Of a DNA stretch of 64,000 nt, positions 62,210-64,000 are shown piece by piece. The position numbers were made by a program, and so were the translations under genes. Positions within the stretch are counted from its first letter, which is position 1. Each line of letters opens with the position of its first letter. Below the pieces are notes generated by a model. It did not search any database and was not told where the DNA came from. It saw only the letters and a program-made list of their open reading frames with translations. The stretch comes from Podarcis bocagei. Taxonomy: Eukaryota. The stretch is taken from the NCBI GenBank assembly GCA_964188305.1, contig OZ076892.1; one strand, 5' to 3'.

Positions 62210-62451
62210 CAGTGGTACCTCGGTTTAAGAACAGCCCTGTTTACGAACTATTCGGTTTAAGAACGCCGCAAAACTGGAAGTTGTTGTCGCAGTTTGCGAA
62301 CTTTACCTCGGTCTAAGAATGGAAGCCTAACGGTGGAAGGGCACCGGTGGCGGGAGGCCTCATTAGGGAAAGCATGCCTCGGTTTAAGAATGGTTTCGGT
62401 TTAAGAACGGACTTCTGGAACGGATCAAGTTCGTAAACTGAGGTACCACTG
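62210..62451. mobile_element. Tc1/mariner (Tigger-like) MITE, complete
   Basis: TA|CAGTGGTACCTCGGTTTAAGAAC ... GTTCGTAAACTGAGGTACCACTG|TA; lies 70 nt from the GALNS exon 4 acceptor. Confidence 0.92.
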
Positions 62452-62986
62452 TACTCAGTAAGAGGCCTCTTCAAAATCCAAGTGGGATTGGGGGATAGGG
62501 CAAGACAGGCCAGAAAGACAGGTAGATTAGGGATTAGCAGGATTTAAGTGAGGTGTATCTGATACGGTAACCTCCAGATGTAGTGGACTACAACTTCCAT
62601 CTGCCTCTGCCAGCATGGCCAATAGATGAGGATGATGGGAATTGTGGTCTAAAACTGCAAGTAAGGCACCAGGTTGGGGAAGACTGATCTATAATTTATT
62701 TATTTCATAAAATTTATACGCCACTTGATTGTAAAAAAACAACCTCAAAGCCATTTACAAAAAAGATAATGCAATAAGATTAGCAATAAAAACAATTAAC
62801 AATGATTTAGAACATTCAAAAAATTAAATCAACAATAAACTAAAAATAGATTAAAACATGTGCCATCTTCATTCTAAATATCTGGCCCAAATTGCACCAA
62901 ACATTTGAGGACATTTCAAGTAACTGTCTCTGTGTCCATTCAGTCTCATGTCTAAAACTTTATTCTCTCAACATCAGGTTCCATTG

Positions 62987-63254
62987 CAGTGGTGTAGCTA
63001 GCCATTCAGGTGCCCGGGGCAGGGTGAGTGGCCCATGGGGGCAGGGCAAGCTGCGCACCGTAGGGCAGCTGACAGGGAGGCAAAAGACAGAAGCAAGTCC
63101 CACACTGCTGTTTTGGGCAGTGCAAAGCCTGCAAGCACCTGAGCCACCGTGTCACTCCCAGAAGAGACGTGTGGCTTAGGCGCGCTGCAGGCCCCATGGT
63201 AAGTGCCACCCCCCGCAGTGTGACACCCAGTGCCCCCCCCCAGCTATGCCTCTG
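62987..63254. mobile_element. hAT-type MITE
   Basis: TIRs CAGTGGTGTAGCT / AGCTATGCCTCTG; exact 8-bp TSD TTCCATTG at 62979-62986 and 63255-63262. Confidence 0.85.
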
Positions 63255-63429
63255 TTCCATTGATTCCCAAGGTATTTCTTAAAGCAGAGAGCCAGTCAAT
63301 TGTTTTTAGAAACATGAAGAATGCAGAGGGGCAGGGAACAAGCCAATATGGCAAACCTGCTTGCACCATGCACTGAGATGCAAATTTGCCCTCTGGCTCC
63401 CTCACAAGTAAGTGGAGGAGAGCTGCTTC

Positions 63430-64000
63430 CTTTTTTTAAAAAAATAAATAATATTTATTAAGTTTCCAACAAATTAAACACAACACTACAAAAAAGCCAA
63501 AAAAGAAAACATACAATACAATACAATACATAATAAAAAAGAGAAAAACAAACAAACATAATAAAAGAAACAAACAAGACAAAACAGAACAAAACAAAAA
63601 CCATTTAAAATTTCAATTTCAACATCTTATCTTTCTTTCCCTTATTTCCTCAACCTCCTCACACCTCCCTTTTTGTATTCCACTTCTGTTAATTGTTTCA
63701 GCAATTCCTTTCCATCTTCCTCTGTTTTCTATCCTATAATTATCTTAACGCATTCTAACCATATTTTTCCCTTTAAAGCTCAATTAATCTATTTATACTT
63801 AATTCCAATACCTATCCATCTTCCCCTGTTTTCTATCCTATAATTATCTTAACACATTTTAACCTTATTTTCCTTTAATACTCTATTAATCTATTTATAC
63901 TTAATTCCTTATAACATTTCTACTGAAGCCATATAACTTCATTCCAACGTTCTTCTAACATTCATTAATTTTACAATATTTCTATAAATAATCTTTAAAC
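63430..64000 (-). mobile_element. L1-type LINE 3' end/3' UTR, continuing past the window
   Basis: T-run and tttatt (AATAAA on -) at the start, strongly strand-skewed AT-rich body, internal duplication of about 105 bp. Confidence 0.6.

Overview
Vertebrate genomic DNA, almost certainly from a squamate. Two full-length Sauria SINEs of the lacertid type suggest a wall or sand lizard; the species cannot be determined. The window holds the CDT1-APRT-GALNS block, orthologous to human 16q24.3. I rebuilt all exons by hand from GT-AG sites and reading phase: the last 8 coding exons of CDT1 (+, 495-9019, 5' end outside the window), the complete 5-exon APRT (-, 16420-12100, 187 aa), and GALNS exons 4-14 (-, 62139-21037, exons 1-3 outside). 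Nearly all other six-frame ORFs are noise or transposon-derived. Introns carry Sauria SINEs, CR1/L2/L1/RTE fragments, hAT and Tc1/mariner MITEs, Penelope-like terminal remnants, microsatellites and one 165-nt N gap. I cannot demonstrate a new multi-gene system. The best leads are: (1) a near-intact minimal hammerhead ribozyme in a Penelope-like remnant between the convergent CDT1 and APRT 3' ends, plus a 146-bp perfect palindrome of the same family; (2) a possible, heavily decayed SF3-helicase (parvovirus NS1/Rep-like) fossil in GALNS intron 11, which is speculative; (3) GALNS exon 10, bounded by the identical 12-mer TGACAG|GTGAGT at both ends, i.e. a recursive-splice-site layout; (4) repeat-free, homeobox/TCF/SOX-motif-dense blocks in the long GALNS introns that look like enhancers. 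Repeat family names and human exon sizes are from recall, not from database searches.
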